From Escherichia coli (GTDB lineage: Bacteria > Pseudomonadota > Gammaproteobacteria > Enterobacterales > Enterobacteriaceae): a DNA stretch of 64,000 nt. The notes beneath the pieces were generated by a model. The model saw only the letters and a program-made list of their open reading frames with translations, was not told the origin of the DNA and searched no databases. Within the stretch, counting starts at the first letter, position 1. Each line of letters starts with the position of its first letter. Made by a program: the position numbers and the translations under genes. Below, piece by piece: positions 18,375-35,428 of the stretch. The stretch lies in assembly GCF_003790525.1 (NCBI RefSeq), contig NZ_CP033635.1. One strand, written 5' to 3'.

Positions 18375-19727
18375 TTACTGCCCGGCGATTTTCATCTCCG
18401 GCAACAGCACTGAACCACACTGTATGTTACTGCGTGTTTCAATATCATTACCAACAGCAACGATATTACGCCACATATCTTTTAAATTACCTGCGATGGT
18501 GATTTCGCTCACCGGATACTGAATTTCGCCATTCTCTACCCAGAAGCCCGCTGCACCACGGGAATAATCACCGGTAATGGCACTCACGCCCTGGCCCATC
18601 AGCTCCGTCACCACCAGCCCGGTGCCCATCTCTTTGAGCATTTGTTCGAAGCTTAGCCCTTGTCCGGCAATCCGCCAGTTGTGAATACCGCCCGCATGTC
18701 CGGTGCTTTTCAGCCCCAGTTTTCGCGCCGAATAGCTGGTCAGCAGCCACTGAGTCAGGATGCCATCTTTGACGATATCGCGGCGCTCGGTGCGCACACC
18801 TTCGCTGTCGAATGGTGTAGATGCCAGCCCTTTCAGCAGATGCGGATGTTCTTCAATAGTCAGCCAGTCCGGCAGAATTTGTTTACCCAGCGAATCCAGC
18901 AAGAAGGTCGATTTACGGTAGACCGCACCACCCGCTATCGCCCCCACCAAATGACCAAACAACCCTGTTGCCACTTCATTGGCAAAAATGACCGGCGCTT
19001 TCATGGTGGAGAGTTTACGCGGTGACAGACGCGATAAAGTGCGGCGAGCACAGTCGGCCCCAACCCACTCTGGCGTTTGTAGATCGCTCATCGCACGCCC
19101 AATGGTGTAGGCATAATCGCGCTCCATATCGCCATTTTCTTCGGCGATTACACAACTGGAGAGCGAATGACGCGTTGAGCAGTAACCCTGCAACATGCCG
19201 TGGCTGTTGCCAAAAACTTTGACACCGTAGTGGCTGTTAAAGCTACCGCCTTCGGTATTGGTGATGCGTTTGTCCGCCTGCAATGCCGCCTGTTCCGCGC
19301 GGGCCGCCAGTTCAATGGCTTCATCCGGGGAAACTTCCGCAGGGTGGAACAAGTCGAGATCCGGTGCGTCAAAGGCCAGCAGCTCTTTGTCTGCCACGCC
19401 GGCACAGGGATCTGGCGAGGTATAACGGGCAATATCCAGCGCCGCCTGTACGGTGCGGGCAATGGCCTGCGGGCTTAAATCGGTAGACGATGCGCTCCCT
19501 TTGCGGTTCTGGTGATAAACAGTGATCCCCAGCGCGCCATCGCTATTGAATTCAACATTCTCCACTTCACCATAACGCGTGCTTACGCTAATGCCGGTGG
19601 TCTTGCTGACGGCAACTTCTGCACCGTCCGATTTGCCTGAGGCCAACTCCAGCGCAGTCGAAACTGCTTCTTCCAGAATCTTGCGCTGCGCTTCAACTTG
19701 AGAGATTACTTTCATTGCAAGTGCCAT
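18375..19727 (-). CDS. pmbA: Metalloprotease PmbA (TldE), 450 aa
   Basis: [33 protein letters not shown]...; synteny with yjgA and cybC. Confidence 0.95.
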   Translation of the reverse strand: MALAMKVISQVEAQRKILEEAVSTALELASGKSDGAEVAVSKTTGISVSTRYGEVENVEFNSDGALGITVYHQNRKGSASSTDLSPQAIARTVQAALDIARYTSPDPCAGVADKELLAFDAPDLDLFHPAEVSPDEAIELAARAEQAALQADKRITNTEGGSFNSHYGVKVFGNSHGMLQGYCSTRHSLSSCVIAEENGDMERDYAYTIGRAMSDLQTPEWVGADCARRTLSRLSPRKLSTMKAPVIFANEVATGLFGHLVGAIAGGAVYRKSTFLLDSLGKQILPDWLTIEEHPHLLKGLASTPFDSEGVRTERRDIVKDGILTQWLLTSYSARKLGLKSTGHAGGIHNWRIAGQGLSFEQMLKEMGTGLVVTELMGQGVSAITGDYSRGAAGFWVENGEIQYPVSEITIAGNLKDMWRNIVAVGNDIETRSNIQCGSVLLPEMKIAGQ

Positions 19728-19820
19728 AATGTAGAGAGTTTCTCTGAAGTCTAACAGAGAACCGTTTTTCAGTGCGCATCTTAACTGGTAACATTAGCCT
19801 CTTTTTTTAAGGAGCCTGAG

Positions 19821-20372
19821 ATGACTAAGCAGCCCGAAGACTGGCTCGACGACGTTCCCGGTGATGACATCGAAGACGAAGACGATGAAATTATCTGGGT
19901 CAGTAAAAGTGAAATTAAACGTGACGCCGAGGAGCTAAAACGCCTGGGCGCAGAAATTGTTGATCTGGGGAAAAACGCGCTGGATAAGATCCCGTTAGAT
20001 GCGGATCTGCGTGCGGCTATTGAGTTAGCCCAGCGTATTAAGATGGAAGGTCGCCGCCGCCAGTTGCAGCTCATCGGCAAGATGCTGCGCCAGCGCGACG
20101 TAGAGCCTATTCGTCAGGCGCTGGATAAGCTGAAAAACCGCCACAACCAGCAGGTGGTGCTGTTCCATAAACTGGAAAACCTGCGCGATCGTCTGATCGA
20201 CCAGGGTGATGATGCCATCGCTGAAGTATTGAATCTGTGGCCCGATGCCGATCGTCAGCAACTGCGTACTCTGATCCGTAACGCGAAGAAAGAGAAAGAA
20301 GGGAATAAGCCGCCGAAATCCGCGCGCCAGATTTTCCAGTATCTGCGTGAGTTAGCGGAAAACGAAGGGTAA
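19821..20372 (+). CDS. yjgA: Ribosome-associated protein YjgA (DarP), 183 aa
   Basis: [46 protein letters not shown]..., divergent from pmbA. Confidence 0.92.
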
Positions 20373-20408
20373 TTTTCGTTGTTGATGTGAGTATGGTTTG
20401 CCGGATGC

Positions 20409-20438
20409 GGCGTGAACGCCTTATCCGGCAATACTATA
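20409..20438. repeat. REP element between yjgA and mpl
   Basis: gccggatgcggcgtgaacgccttatccggc. Confidence 0.85.
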
Positions 20439-20454
20439 TCAGGCTGAGGCCGAA

Positions 20455-21828
20455 TTACTGCGCGGCTTCCGCTTTCTTCGCCAGCCCATCCAGCAGTTTC
20501 TGATGGATCCCACCAAAACCGCCGTTGCTCATCACCAAAATATGGTCGCCAGGCTGAGCGGTTTTCACCACCATATCTGCCAGCGTATCCACATCGCCGC
20601 TCCAGTGTGCAGGCTGAACGCAGGCTTCTGCCACTTCTGCCACCTGCCACGGAATATGCGCCGGTTGCAGCAGGAAGACTTCATCGGCACGACCTAATGA
20701 AGGTGCCAGATCGTCTTTGCAGATCCCCATTTTCATGGTATTCGAACGCGGCTCCAGCACGGCAATAATGCGCGCCGTACCGCCAACTTTGCCACGCAGC
20801 GCCGCCAGCGTTGCCAGAATCGCCGTCGGGTGATGGGCAAAATCGTCATATACCGTGACGCCATTCGCTTCACCACGCAACTCCAGGCGGCGACGAGCGT
20901 TAATAAACGAACCCAGCGCGTTAGCAGCATCTGCTGGCGCTACGCCAACATGACGGGCCGCCGCAATCGCCATCAGGCCGTTGTGCATATTATGTTCGCC
21001 CACCAGCGACCATTTCACTTCGCCCACTTTTTCGCCATCCAGCAAGACTTCCCATTCGGAAGCGTCAGTGGTCAGCTTTTTCGCCTGCCAGTGCCCCTGC
21101 TCGCCCACCAGCTCCTGCTCGCTCCAGCAGCCCATCGCCATGGTCTGTTTCAGGTTGATGTCGTTTTCCGGCCAGATAATACGGCCCTGCCCCGGAACGA
21201 TACGCACCAGATGGTGGAACTGTTTCTGGATCGCTTTCAGGTCGTCAAAGATATCGGCGTGATCGAACTCAAGGTTGTTGAGGATCAGCGTACGCGGGCA
21301 GTAATGGACAAATTTAGAGCGTTTGTCGAAGAAGGCGCAGTCGTACTCATCCGCTTCGATAACAAAGAAATCGCTTTCGCCCAGACACGCCGAGACCTCA
21401 AAGTTCCCCGGCACACCGCCGATCACAAATCCTGGTTTGTAACCACACTGTTCCAGAATCCAGGTCGCCATTCCCGCCGTGGTGGTTTTGCCGTGTGTAC
21501 CGGCAACGGCCAGCACCCAGCGGTCACGCAGCACAAAATCGTGCAGCCACTGCGGACCTGACATATAAGGGATGTTTTTTTCCAGTACCGCTTCCACACA
21601 CGGATTTCCACGGGTCATGGCGTTGCCAATAATCACCAGATCCGGCTGCGGGTCGAGCTGGCTGGCATCGTAACCCTGAATCAGTTCAATGCCTTGCTTC
21701 TCAAGTAAGGTGCTCATCGGCGGATACACATTGGCGTCCGAACCCGTTACTTCATGGCCTAACTGGCGCGCCAGCATCGCCAGACCGCCCATAAACGTGC
21801 CACAAATTCCTAAAATATGAATGCGCAT
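20455..21828 (-). CDS. mpl: UDP-N-acetylmuramate:L-alanyl-gamma-D-glutamyl-meso-diaminopimelate ligase (murein peptide ligase), 457 aa
   Basis: [34 protein letters not shown]... (Mur ligase family). Confidence 0.95.
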
Positions 21829-22003
21829 ACGTCACTATCCTTTTTTAATCTGCCGCTCATTTTACGCATATGTCGGGCAAGTGAGAAACGCATTTCAGGA
21901 TAATCCGCAATTTGCTGGCGCGATTCACCTGAGCGCAACATTGAGATTATTTGTTAAGATTGTTGCGGTCGCTTTACTCCATAAACATTGCAGGGAAAGT
22001 TTT

Positions 22004-23002
22004 ATGAAAACGTTAGGTGAATTTATTGTCGAAAAGCAGCACGAGTTTTCTCATGCTACCGGTGAGCTCACTGCTTTGCTGTCGGCAATAAAACTGGGCG
22101 CCAAGATTATCCATCGCGATATCAACAAAGCAGGACTGGTTGATATCCTGGGTGCCAGCGGTGCTGAGAATGTGCAGGGCGAGGTTCAGCAGAAACTCGA
22201 CTTGTTCGCTAATGAAAAACTGAAAGCCGCACTGAAAGCACGCGATATCGTTGCGGGCATTGCCTCTGAAGAAGAAGATGAGATTGTCGTCTTTGAAGGC
22301 TGTGAACACGCAAAATACGTGGTGCTGATGGACCCCCTGGATGGCTCGTCCAACATCGATGTTAACGTCTCTGTCGGTACCATTTTCTCCATCTACCGCC
22401 GCGTTACACCTGTTGGCACGCCGGTAACGGAAGAAGATTTCCTCCAGCCTGGTAACAAACAGGTTGCGGCAGGTTACGTGGTATACGGCTCCTCTACCAT
22501 GCTGGTTTACACCACCGGATGCGGTGTTCACGCCTTTACTTACGATCCTTCGCTGGGCGTTTTCTGCCTGTGCCAGGAACGGATGCGCTTCCCGGAGAAA
22601 GGCAAAACCTACTCCATCAACGAAGGAAACTACATTAAGTTTCCGAACGGGGTGAAGAAGTACATTAAATTCTGCCAGGAAGAAGATAAGTCTACCAATC
22701 GCCCGTATACCTCACGTTATATCGGTTCACTGGTCGCGGATTTCCACCGTAACCTGCTGAAAGGCGGTATTTATCTCTACCCAAGCACCGCCAGCCACCC
22801 GGACGGTAAACTGCGTTTACTGTATGAGTGCAACCCGATGGCATTCCTGGCGGAACAAGCAGGCGGTAAAGCGAGCGATGGCAAAGAGCGTATTCTGGAT
22901 ATCATCCCGGAAACCCTGCACCAGCGCCGTTCGTTCTTTGTCGGCAACGACCATATGGTTGAAGATGTCGAACGCTTTATCCGTGAGTTCCCGGACGCGT
23001 AA
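22004..23002 (+). CDS. fbp: Fructose-1,6-bisphosphatase class 1, 332 aa
   Basis: ORF 21821..23002; ATG at 22004 gives [45 protein letters not shown]. Confidence 0.95.
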
Positions 23003-23010
23003 TCTCCTGC

Positions 23011-23037
23011 GCCTCTCCACACGGAGAGGCGTTTTTA
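23011..23037. terminator. Bidirectional intrinsic terminator between fbp and yjfF
   Basis: gcctctcc-acac-ggagaggc followed by gttttta; it overlaps the yjfF stop codon. Confidence 0.75.
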
Positions 23038-24030
23038 TCGCTGCGCAATGTTGACTCTTGTCACAGGCGAACTCTGACGATTCTCCCACAGCACCGTTAA
23101 TCCACGCTGTAATGCTATAAAAATAAACAACAAAATACCGATGGCGATTTTCGTCCACCAGGAACTCAGCGTGCCATCAAAGTTTATGTAAGTCTGAATC
23201 AGTCCCTGAATCGCCACGCCAAAAAGCGTCCCTAATACCGTTCCAACGCCACCGCTCAAAAGCGTACCGCCAATTACCACTGAGGCGATAGCATCCAGTT
23301 CCACACCTACGCCCGCCAGCGCATATCCGGCCTGGGTATAAATCGAGAAGACAATCCCCGCCAGCGTTGCCAGTCCGGTGGAGAGCATATAAATGCGAAT
23401 AGTGGTGCTGCGAGTGGAAATCCCCATCAGGTTCGCCGACGTTGCGTTGCCGCCAATGGCGTATACCTGATTACCAAAACGGGTACGATGCGCGAGGAAA
23501 ATACCGATAACCACCACCGCCAGCATCAGCAGCCCCATCGCACTTAAGCGACCGCCGCCAGGGATTTTCCATGCAAGGCTTGAGAGCGTGTCATAAACAG
23601 GATGATTTATCGGGATCGACTCTTCCGAAACGAGATAGCTGACGCCACGCAAAAAGAACATTCCCGCCAGAGTAATAATAAACGCCGGGATCTTCAGGGC
23701 GTCGATCAAAAGCCCCATAAATGCGCCGAAAGCACAGCCCATCACCAGCACTAGCGGAAACGCCAGCAACGGCGAGAGGCCGAAATCGCCAATCACTTTT
23801 GCCAGAAACACGCCGGTAAAGGCGATCACCGAACCGACGGAGAGATCGATCCCACCGGAGAGGATCACAAAGGTCATACCAACGGCGATTATCCCAAGAA
23901 AGGCATTATCAGTCAGGATATTGCAGATCACTCTTGTGGAAGCAAAACCGGGAAACTGGGTCAGACAGTAGATATAACCCAACACAAAGACGCCGATGGT
24001 GATCATCAGTGGCAAATTACGTTTTATCAC
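23035..24030 (-). CDS. yjfF: Galactofuranose ABC transporter permease YjfF, 331 aa
   Basis: Polytopic membrane ORF; last gene of the ytfQRT-yjfF operon. Confidence 0.93.
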   Translation of the reverse strand: MIKRNLPLMITIGVFVLGYIYCLTQFPGFASTRVICNILTDNAFLGIIAVGMTFVILSGGIDLSVGSVIAFTGVFLAKVIGDFGLSPLLAFPLVLVMGCAFGAFMGLLIDALKIPAFIITLAGMFFLRGVSYLVSEESIPINHPVYDTLSSLAWKIPGGGRLSAMGLLMLAVVVIGIFLAHRTRFGNQVYAIGGNATSANLMGISTRSTTIRIYMLSTGLATLAGIVFSIYTQAGYALAGVGVELDAIASVVIGGTLLSGGVGTVLGTLFGVAIQGLIQTYINFDGTLSSWWTKIAIGILLFIFIALQRGLTVLWENRQSSPVTRVNIAQR

Positions 24031-25063
24031 GGTTACGTACCCCTTTAATCAGACTGATAAAGCGTTGCGACTGAACAATCAGCACACAAAGCACCACCAC
24101 CGCTTTTACGACCTGGTTCATCTCCGGCGGAAAGCCAGAAAGCAAAATTCCGGTGTTCATTCCCTGAATAATCAGCGCCCCCACCACCGAAAGCAGCAGG
24201 TTAAAGCGCCCGCCCATCAGCGATCCGCCGCCAATCACCACCGCGAGAATGGCGTCCAGCTCCAGCCATAACCCGGCGTTATTGGCATCGGCACCGCGAA
24301 TATCCGCCGCCACGATAATGCCCGCAATCGCCGCACATAGCCCGCTCAACACGTAGGTGAGCATGACGATGATTCGCGTGTTAACTCCGGCATTTTTTGC
24401 CGCCCGAATGTTGATACCAACGGCTTCGATAAACATTCCCAGCGCCGTTTTGCGGGTCAACAGCCAGAAGAGGAGAAGCGTCAGCACCGCAATAATGACG
24501 GGCGTTGGCAGGAACAACAGCGATCCGCTGCCGAACCATGAGAGATCCGGCGAGTTAAACGTGACGATCTGCCCGGCGGTGATCAACTGCGCCACGCCGC
24601 GCCCGGCAACCATCAGGATCAGGGTGGCGACAAACGGCTGAATTTTAAGGATTGCCACCAGAATGCCGTTCCACAATCCCGCCAGGATGCCGGTGCCCAG
24701 GGCGCTTAACAAAACAATCGGCAGGCTAAATCCCGCGACCGTCATCGCAGCGGTAGTCGCTCCGGCGATAGCCATCACTGCCCCTACGGAGAGATCGATA
24801 CCACCGGTGGCGATCACCAGCGTCATGCCAATCGCCAACAGCGCAACGGGTGCCGCACGGTTAAGAATGTCGATGGGGCTACCGAACAAACGCCCGTCCT
24901 GAAGCACCACTTGCCAGAAATGCGGGGCTACCAGGCTGTCGACCAGCAGCACCAGCAATAGTGCCGCCAGCTGCGGCATTCCCGTTGGCCAGCGAAAGCG
25001 CCTTTTCGACGGCGTAGTGTCCGGGAGAGATTGAGGCATCACACTGTTCTCCTTACGCCGCAA
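24017..25063 (-). CDS. ytfT: Galactofuranose ABC transporter permease YtfT (start uncertain by a few codons)
   Basis: ORF 24017..25063 (348 codons); the true start may be internal (MPQSLPD...); overlaps the ytfR stop. Confidence 0.9.
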   Translation of the reverse strand: MRRKENSVMPQSLPDTTPSKRRFRWPTGMPQLAALLLVLLVDSLVAPHFWQVVLQDGRLFGSPIDILNRAAPVALLAIGMTLVIATGGIDLSVGAVMAIAGATTAAMTVAGFSLPIVLLSALGTGILAGLWNGILVAILKIQPFVATLILMVAGRGVAQLITAGQIVTFNSPDLSWFGSGSLLFLPTPVIIAVLTLLLFWLLTRKTALGMFIEAVGINIRAAKNAGVNTRIIVMLTYVLSGLCAAIAGIIVAADIRGADANNAGLWLELDAILAVVIGGGSLMGGRFNLLLSVVGALIIQGMNTGILLSGFPPEMNQVVKAVVVLCVLIVQSQRFISLIKGVRNRDKT

Positions 25064-26555
25064 TGGCGTTCATGATCGCCGGAACGGAAAGCGCTGCCAG
25101 CGGGATCTCCGCCACCTGTTTGCGATCGCGCATGATAATCACCCGATCGGCATAGCCCACCAGCTCTTCCAGTTCAGAGGAGATCACCAGCAGCGCCAGA
25201 CCGTCAGCGCATAGCGTTTCAATCAGGCGGATGATCTCGGCGTGCGCACCAACGTCAATTCCACGCGTTGGCTCGTCGAGGATCAGAAATTGCGGACGAG
25301 TCAGCAGCCAGCGAGAGAGCAGCACTTTTTGCTGATTGCCGCCGGAGAGAAATTCAATCGGTTGTTCAGTGGAAGGGGTGCGAATGCCAAGCTGGCGGAT
25401 AAAGCGTTCGGCAATCTCTTGCTGTTCTTTGCGGGAGATCGGTCGCAGCCAGCCGCGCTGGGCTTGTAGCGCGAGAATGATATTTTCCCGCACCGAGGCG
25501 GCGGCGATGATGCCATCGGTTTTCCTGTCTTCCGGGCAAAAGCCAATGCCAAGTACCGAAGCCTGATGTGGCGATCGCAGGGTTTGCGGTTTGCCTTTGA
25601 TCAACGCCGTGCCGCTGTCAGCAGGTTTAATACCGAAGATCACTTCGGCGGTTTCGGTACGTCCTGATCCCAGCAAGCCTGCCAGACCGACGATCTCGCC
25701 GGGGCGCACTTCGAGATCAAACGGTGCGATCATTCCTTTTTTGCCGTAATTTTTGAACGCGGCGACGGGTTTGTCGCTCAACAATGTTCGTCCGGCACGC
25801 TGTAGCGCGTGGGTGTCCAGCTCGCGCCCCAGCATCATTTTTACCAGTTCGATCTGTGGTAGCTCGCGGGTTTCCCGACAGCCTACGAAACTGCCGTTGC
25901 GTAAGACGGTGATCCGATCGCTGACCTGATAGACCTGATCGAGAAAGTGAGTAACGAAGATCAGGCTGACGCCGCGATCGCGCAACTGACGCATCAGGCC
26001 AAACAGTAACTCTACTTCCTGAGTGTCGAGGCTGGCGGTGGGTTCATCGAGGATCAGCACTTTGGCGGAGAGATCGATGGCCCGGCAAATGGCGACGATT
26101 TGCTGCATCGCGACTGAAAAGCGGTTGAGCGGTTCGCGCACGTCGAGGGAGAAACCGTAAGATGCCATCAGTTCGGTGGCGCGCTTTTCCATCTCTTTAC
26201 GGCGTAGAAGGCCGAAACGTTTGGGTTCGCGACCTATGAATAGATTATCAGCGACCGACATATTGGGTAGCAGGTTGACTTCCTGATAGACGGTGCCGAT
26301 GCCGAGTTGTTGTGCGTGGGCGGTGTTTTTCGGTGAGATAGTCTGGCCTTCCAGCCAGATGGTGCCACGATCGGCGTGGTAGACACCGGTTAAGGCTTTG
26401 ATTAGCGTTGATTTTCCCGCCCCGTTTTCACCGAGCAGCGCCATAATTTCGCCGCGACGCAGGCTGAAATCAACGTTGTCTAACGCTTTGACGCCGGGGA
26501 AAAATTTACTTAATCCTTCGGTGCGGAGGATTTCCTGGTGTTGGTTAGTATTCAT
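25053..26555 (-). CDS. ytfR: Galactofuranose ABC transporter ATP-binding protein YtfR (duplicated ABC domains), 500 aa
   Basis: ORF 25053..26606; ATG at 26553-26555 with GGGGGA RBS gives MNTNQHQEILRTEGLSKFF; two Walker A motifs (GENGAGKST and GLLGSGRTE). Confidence 0.93.
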   Translation of the reverse strand: MNTNQHQEILRTEGLSKFFPGVKALDNVDFSLRRGEIMALLGENGAGKSTLIKALTGVYHADRGTIWLEGQTISPKNTAHAQQLGIGTVYQEVNLLPNMSVADNLFIGREPKRFGLLRRKEMEKRATELMASYGFSLDVREPLNRFSVAMQQIVAICRAIDLSAKVLILDEPTASLDTQEVELLFGLMRQLRDRGVSLIFVTHFLDQVYQVSDRITVLRNGSFVGCRETRELPQIELVKMMLGRELDTHALQRAGRTLLSDKPVAAFKNYGKKGMIAPFDLEVRPGEIVGLAGLLGSGRTETAEVIFGIKPADSGTALIKGKPQTLRSPHQASVLGIGFCPEDRKTDGIIAAASVRENIILALQAQRGWLRPISRKEQQEIAERFIRQLGIRTPSTEQPIEFLSGGNQQKVLLSRWLLTRPQFLILDEPTRGIDVGAHAEIIRLIETLCADGLALLVISSELEELVGYADRVIIMRDRKQVAEIPLAALSVPAIMNAIAA

Positions 26556-26599
26556 AGTTTCCCCCGTTGTAAAGCGTGCGCCAGATAAGACACAACAGC

Positions 26600-26656
26600 G
26601 TCGCATCAGGCATCTCGCACAACCGCCGGATGCGGCGTGAATGCCTTATCCGGCGG
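26600..26656. repeat. REP element between ytfQ and ytfR
   Basis: gccggatgcggcgtgaatgccttatccggc within the ytfQ-ytfR intergenic region. Confidence 0.85.
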
Positions 26657-26687
26657 CCCACAAATCGGCATTAGGCATTGATGCCCC

Positions 26688-27644
26688 TCAATACCCCATA
26701 TTTTTCTTCTTCTCTAACTCTTCTTTTGCGGTATCAGGCAGGTAAAGGGTGGACTTGGTCAGCGTCAGCTTTTCAGGCATGGTGCCGTCTTTTTTGTATT
26801 TCTCCAGCGCGTCAAAAGCAGGGCCTGCCATATTCGGCGTTAGTTCAACGCTGGCGTTCGCTTCGCCATCAATCATCGCTTTGTAGATGTCCGGCACGCC
26901 GTCGATAGAGCCTGTCAGGATATCTTTGCCCGGTTTCAGGCCCGCTTCTTTAATTGCCTGAATTGCACCAATTACCATGTCATCGTTATGGGCGTAAACC
27001 ATGCAGATGTTTTTGCCGTTGTTTTCCGCTTTGATAAAGCTCTCCATCACTTCTTTGCCTTTGCTGCGGGTGAAGTCACCTGACTGCGAGCGGATAATTT
27101 TGATATTTGGCGCATTCTTAATGGCTTCGGCAAAGCCTTTCTTACGGTCAATGGCGACGCTGGCTCCAACGGTGCCCTGCAACTCCACCACGTTGCATGG
27201 TTTGCCATTCACTTCTTTTACCAGCCAGTCACCAATCAACTTGCCTTCGAGGATGTTGTCGGCGGTGACAGTGGTCATATAGAGAGATTTGTCTTTCACA
27301 TCGATGGAACGGTCAAGCAAGAAGACCGGGATTTCGGCATCTTTCGCCTCTTTTAATACCGGCTCCCAACCGGTCGCTACCACTGGAGCGATAAAGATCG
27401 CATCCACCCCTTGCGCGACGAAGGAACGTACCGCTTTAATCTGGTTTTCCTGCTTTTGCTGACCATCGGCAATTTTCAACGTAATTCCGCGCTTTTCGGC
27501 TTCACTTTTCGCCACATTGGTTTCTGCGGCGCGCCAGCCGGATTCCGATCCGACCTGCGAAAATCCAACGGTTAATGGAGCGGCCAACGCCATAGACGAC
27601 ATGGCTGCCGAGACTGCAGAGACTACAAGTAAGCGTTTCCACAT
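26688..27644 (-). CDS. ytfQ: Galactofuranose-binding periplasmic protein YtfQ, 318 aa
   Basis: ORF MWKRLLVVSAVSAAMSSMALAAPLTVGFSQVGSESGWRAAE... (signal peptide plus sugar-binding fold). Confidence 0.95.
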   Translation of the reverse strand: MWKRLLVVSAVSAAMSSMALAAPLTVGFSQVGSESGWRAAETNVAKSEAEKRGITLKIADGQQKQENQIKAVRSFVAQGVDAIFIAPVVATGWEPVLKEAKDAEIPVFLLDRSIDVKDKSLYMTTVTADNILEGKLIGDWLVKEVNGKPCNVVELQGTVGASVAIDRKKGFAEAIKNAPNIKIIRSQSGDFTRSKGKEVMESFIKAENNGKNICMVYAHNDDMVIGAIQAIKEAGLKPGKDILTGSIDGVPDIYKAMIDGEANASVELTPNMAGPAFDALEKYKKDGTMPEKLTLTKSTLYLPDTAKEELEKKKNMGY

Positions 27645-27953
27645 AGGGTTGTCCTCGTCGGGGTAATTATTATTGGTGAAAAGATGTTCGCGAAAAAACT
27701 ATAGACAATTCGTTATGTAACGGATTGCGTTACATCACACTTCAAAAAAGTAAATAAAACGTTAATCACAAGTTTGTAATCGCTTTCATCTCACTATGAA
27801 AAATGCGGCTACGGTTATGGATTTTCCTGCTCTTTAAACCATCTTAAAACTGGCTAAAAAGGAAAATGAAGAAGAAAACAAGCGAAGACATTCGGCGCGA
27901 GTTGGCTATAATACTCGGCACTTGTTTGCCACATATTTTTAAAGGAAACAGAC

Positions 27954-28484
27954 ATGAGCTTACTCAACGTTCCTGCGGGTAAAGATCTGCCGGAAGACAT
28001 CTACGTTGTTATTGAGATCCCGGCTAACGCAGATCCGATCAAATACGAAATCGACAAAGAGAGCGGCGCACTGTTCGTTGACCGCTTCATGTCCACCGCG
28101 ATGTTCTATCCGTGCAACTACGGTTACATCAACCACACCCTGTCTCTGGACGGTGACCCGGTTGACGTACTGGTCCCGACTCCGTACCCGCTGCAGCCGG
28201 GTTCTGTGATCCGTTGCCGTCCTGTTGGCGTTCTGAAAATGACCGACGAAGCCGGTGAAGATGCGAAACTGGTTGCGGTTCCGCACAGCAAGCTGAGCAA
28301 AGAATACGATCACATTAAAGACGTTAACGATCTGCCTGAACTGCTGAAAGCACAGATCGCTCACTTCTTCGAGCACTACAAAGACCTCGAAAAAGGCAAG
28401 TGGGTGAAAGTTGAAGGCTGGGAAAACGCAGAAGCCGCTAAAGCTGAAATCGTTGCCTCCTTCGAGCGCGCAAAGAATAAATAA
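27954..28484 (+). CDS. ppa: Inorganic pyrophosphatase, 176 aa
   Basis: [48 protein letters not shown]... Confidence 0.97.
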   Translation: MSLLNVPAGKDLPEDIYVVIEIPANADPIKYEIDKESGALFVDRFMSTAMFYPCNYGYINHTLSLDGDPVDVLVPTPYPLQPGSVIRCRPVGVLKMTDEAGEDAKLVAVPHSKLSKEYDHIKDVNDLPELLKAQIAHFFEHYKDLEKGKWVKVEGWENAEAAKAEIVASFERAKNK

Positions 28485-28562
28485 GTTCTTCTAGCGTAAT
28501 AACCCTGAACGCCGGGCTTCGGTTAGTAGGGGTTTTTTATGCCCGCGATAAATAAACACACC

Positions 28563-28913
28563 TTATTCCACCACCGCCTGCAAACGTAATAACGCCTCTT
28601 CCACCACCTCACCCGCAGCCAGACCAATACGCTTTGCCAGCCGGGCGCGTAGATCCATCATCCGCACCTGATTCACCAGCACCACGCCGTGCACATCGCC
28701 TTCTTCGCAATGTAAAGGAACGCTAAATCCGGCATAACGGGCAAAATTTCCGCCCTGCGTAATGGGGGCCACCAGCGTCATTCCCAGTTGATTAAAGGCT
28801 TGAACGGAGAGCACAAGCGCAGGTCGACCAGCACCTTGCTGTTCATGGCCGCTTGCTGGATCAAAGCCAACCAGCACAATGTCTCCCCGTTCAAATTCAC
28901 TTTTCTTTACCAT
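28563..28913 (-). CDS. chpB: MazF-like endoribonuclease toxin ChpB (ChpBK), 116 aa
   Basis: ORF MVKKSEFERGDIVLVGFDPASGHEQQGAGRPALVLSVQAFNQLGMTLVAPITQGG... Confidence 0.93.
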   Translation of the reverse strand: MVKKSEFERGDIVLVGFDPASGHEQQGAGRPALVLSVQAFNQLGMTLVAPITQGGNFARYAGFSVPLHCEEGDVHGVVLVNQVRMMDLRARLAKRIGLAAGEVVEEALLRLQAVVE

Positions 28914-29158
28914 ATTTCGTCACCCGCAGGGGTGGATTTACCCCAGACATCCTGCTCGCTAAGTTCCGTGGCGTTCATGTCACACTGTGCCAGCAGTTCA
29001 TCAAGCGAGTAGCGCCTGGAGATGGGTGTCAGAATCAGTTGATTGTTGCTCACTTGCGCCTCCACGCTCTGCCCCGGCCGTAAGTTAAGTTCTTTCATCA
29101 CAACATTAGGAATGACCATACCTGAACTGTTCCCCCATCTTTTTATGGTAATACGCAT
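28907..29158 (-). CDS. chpS: Antitoxin ChpS (ChpBI, AbrB/MazE fold), 83 aa
   Basis: ORF 28907..29164; start taken at MRITIKRWGNSSGMVIPNVVMKELNL...; overlaps chpB by 7 nt. Confidence 0.9.
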   Translation of the reverse strand: MRITIKRWGNSSGMVIPNVVMKELNLRPGQSVEAQVSNNQLILTPISRRYSLDELLAQCDMNATELSEQDVWGKSTPAGDEIW

Positions 29159-29171
29159 CTGCACCTCCTTA

Positions 29172-29190
29172 AGTTATACAAAGTATAACT
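29172..29190. promoter_or_regulatory. Candidate chpSB operator palindrome
   Basis: agttatac-aaa-gtataact perfect inverted repeat just upstream of chpS. Confidence 0.55.
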
Positions 29191-29327
29191 CACGGTGCTA
29201 CAGGAAACGTTTTACCCCTGCGCATTTGTGAACGCCAGCAGAGTTTTTTATGCGTTAACAGATATGGAAAGCGGCTCGGAGAGAAAAGCAAAAGGTGAGG
29301 GAATTACAAAACAGAATGCGAGTCGTC

Positions 29328-29358
29328 TCGCAAAAAACAACGCCACCCGAAGGTGGCG
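29328..29358 (-). terminator. Intrinsic terminator downstream of ytfP (end of the tamA-tamB-ytfP unit)
   Basis: Minus-strand cgccaccttcgggtggcg hairpin followed by ttgttttttg. Confidence 0.75.
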
Positions 29359-29369
29359 TATGCGTATGG

Positions 29370-29711
29370 TTACTTATCCCTGTCTAACCAGTCGCCGCTT
29401 TCAATTAGCTTTAATCCATCGACGGGTCGTTGATAAACGTACATCCATGCACTCCCGTACGGCGTCTGAATCAACTGGCGCGCGTATTCACCGCCCCTGG
29501 TGCGCAAGGCATCAAGTTCGGCCAGCGTGGCGTTGTCAATACGATAAACTTCACCGTGTACTGTTCCGTTCCCCGGAACTGCGCCTGGATAGTGGCCCAG
29601 GCTATACAACTGGTAGTTATCGATACTGAAATCGCCCAGTAACTGGGCATTGGTCATCCAGTGACTGTTGCCTTGTTTGTGGCGTAAACTGCCGTAGACA
29701 AATATTCGCAT
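29370..29711 (-). CDS. ytfP: Gamma-glutamylcyclotransferase-family protein YtfP, 113 aa
   Basis: ORF MRIFVYGSLRHKQGNSHWM... carries the GGCT-like YGSL motif. Confidence 0.92.
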   Translation of the reverse strand: MRIFVYGSLRHKQGNSHWMTNAQLLGDFSIDNYQLYSLGHYPGAVPGNGTVHGEVYRIDNATLAELDALRTRGGEYARQLIQTPYGSAWMYVYQRPVDGLKLIESGDWLDRDK

Positions 29712-29713
29712 TG

Positions 29714-35265
<5,552 letters not shown>

Positions 35266-35428
35266 TTAAACGGCTTAACAAAAATCCAGTAATATGGATT
35301 AAAAAGCAGACTAAACCCCAAATATTTCTTATGTTTTACTTTAGACCTATTCACAGCGGTTATTGTGTGCAAATACGCCTCTTGTTACAACCTTAACCCC
35401 AATGACCGATTTTCGGGAGAGCGACACC

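Noticed and set aside
20830-21561. 243-aa plus-strand ORF
   Set aside because: Antisense shadow ORF within mpl.
28500-28545. Possible intrinsic terminator after ppa (T-run at 28534-28540)
   Set aside because: I could not identify a clean GC-rich stem preceding the T-run, so it is not called as a feature.
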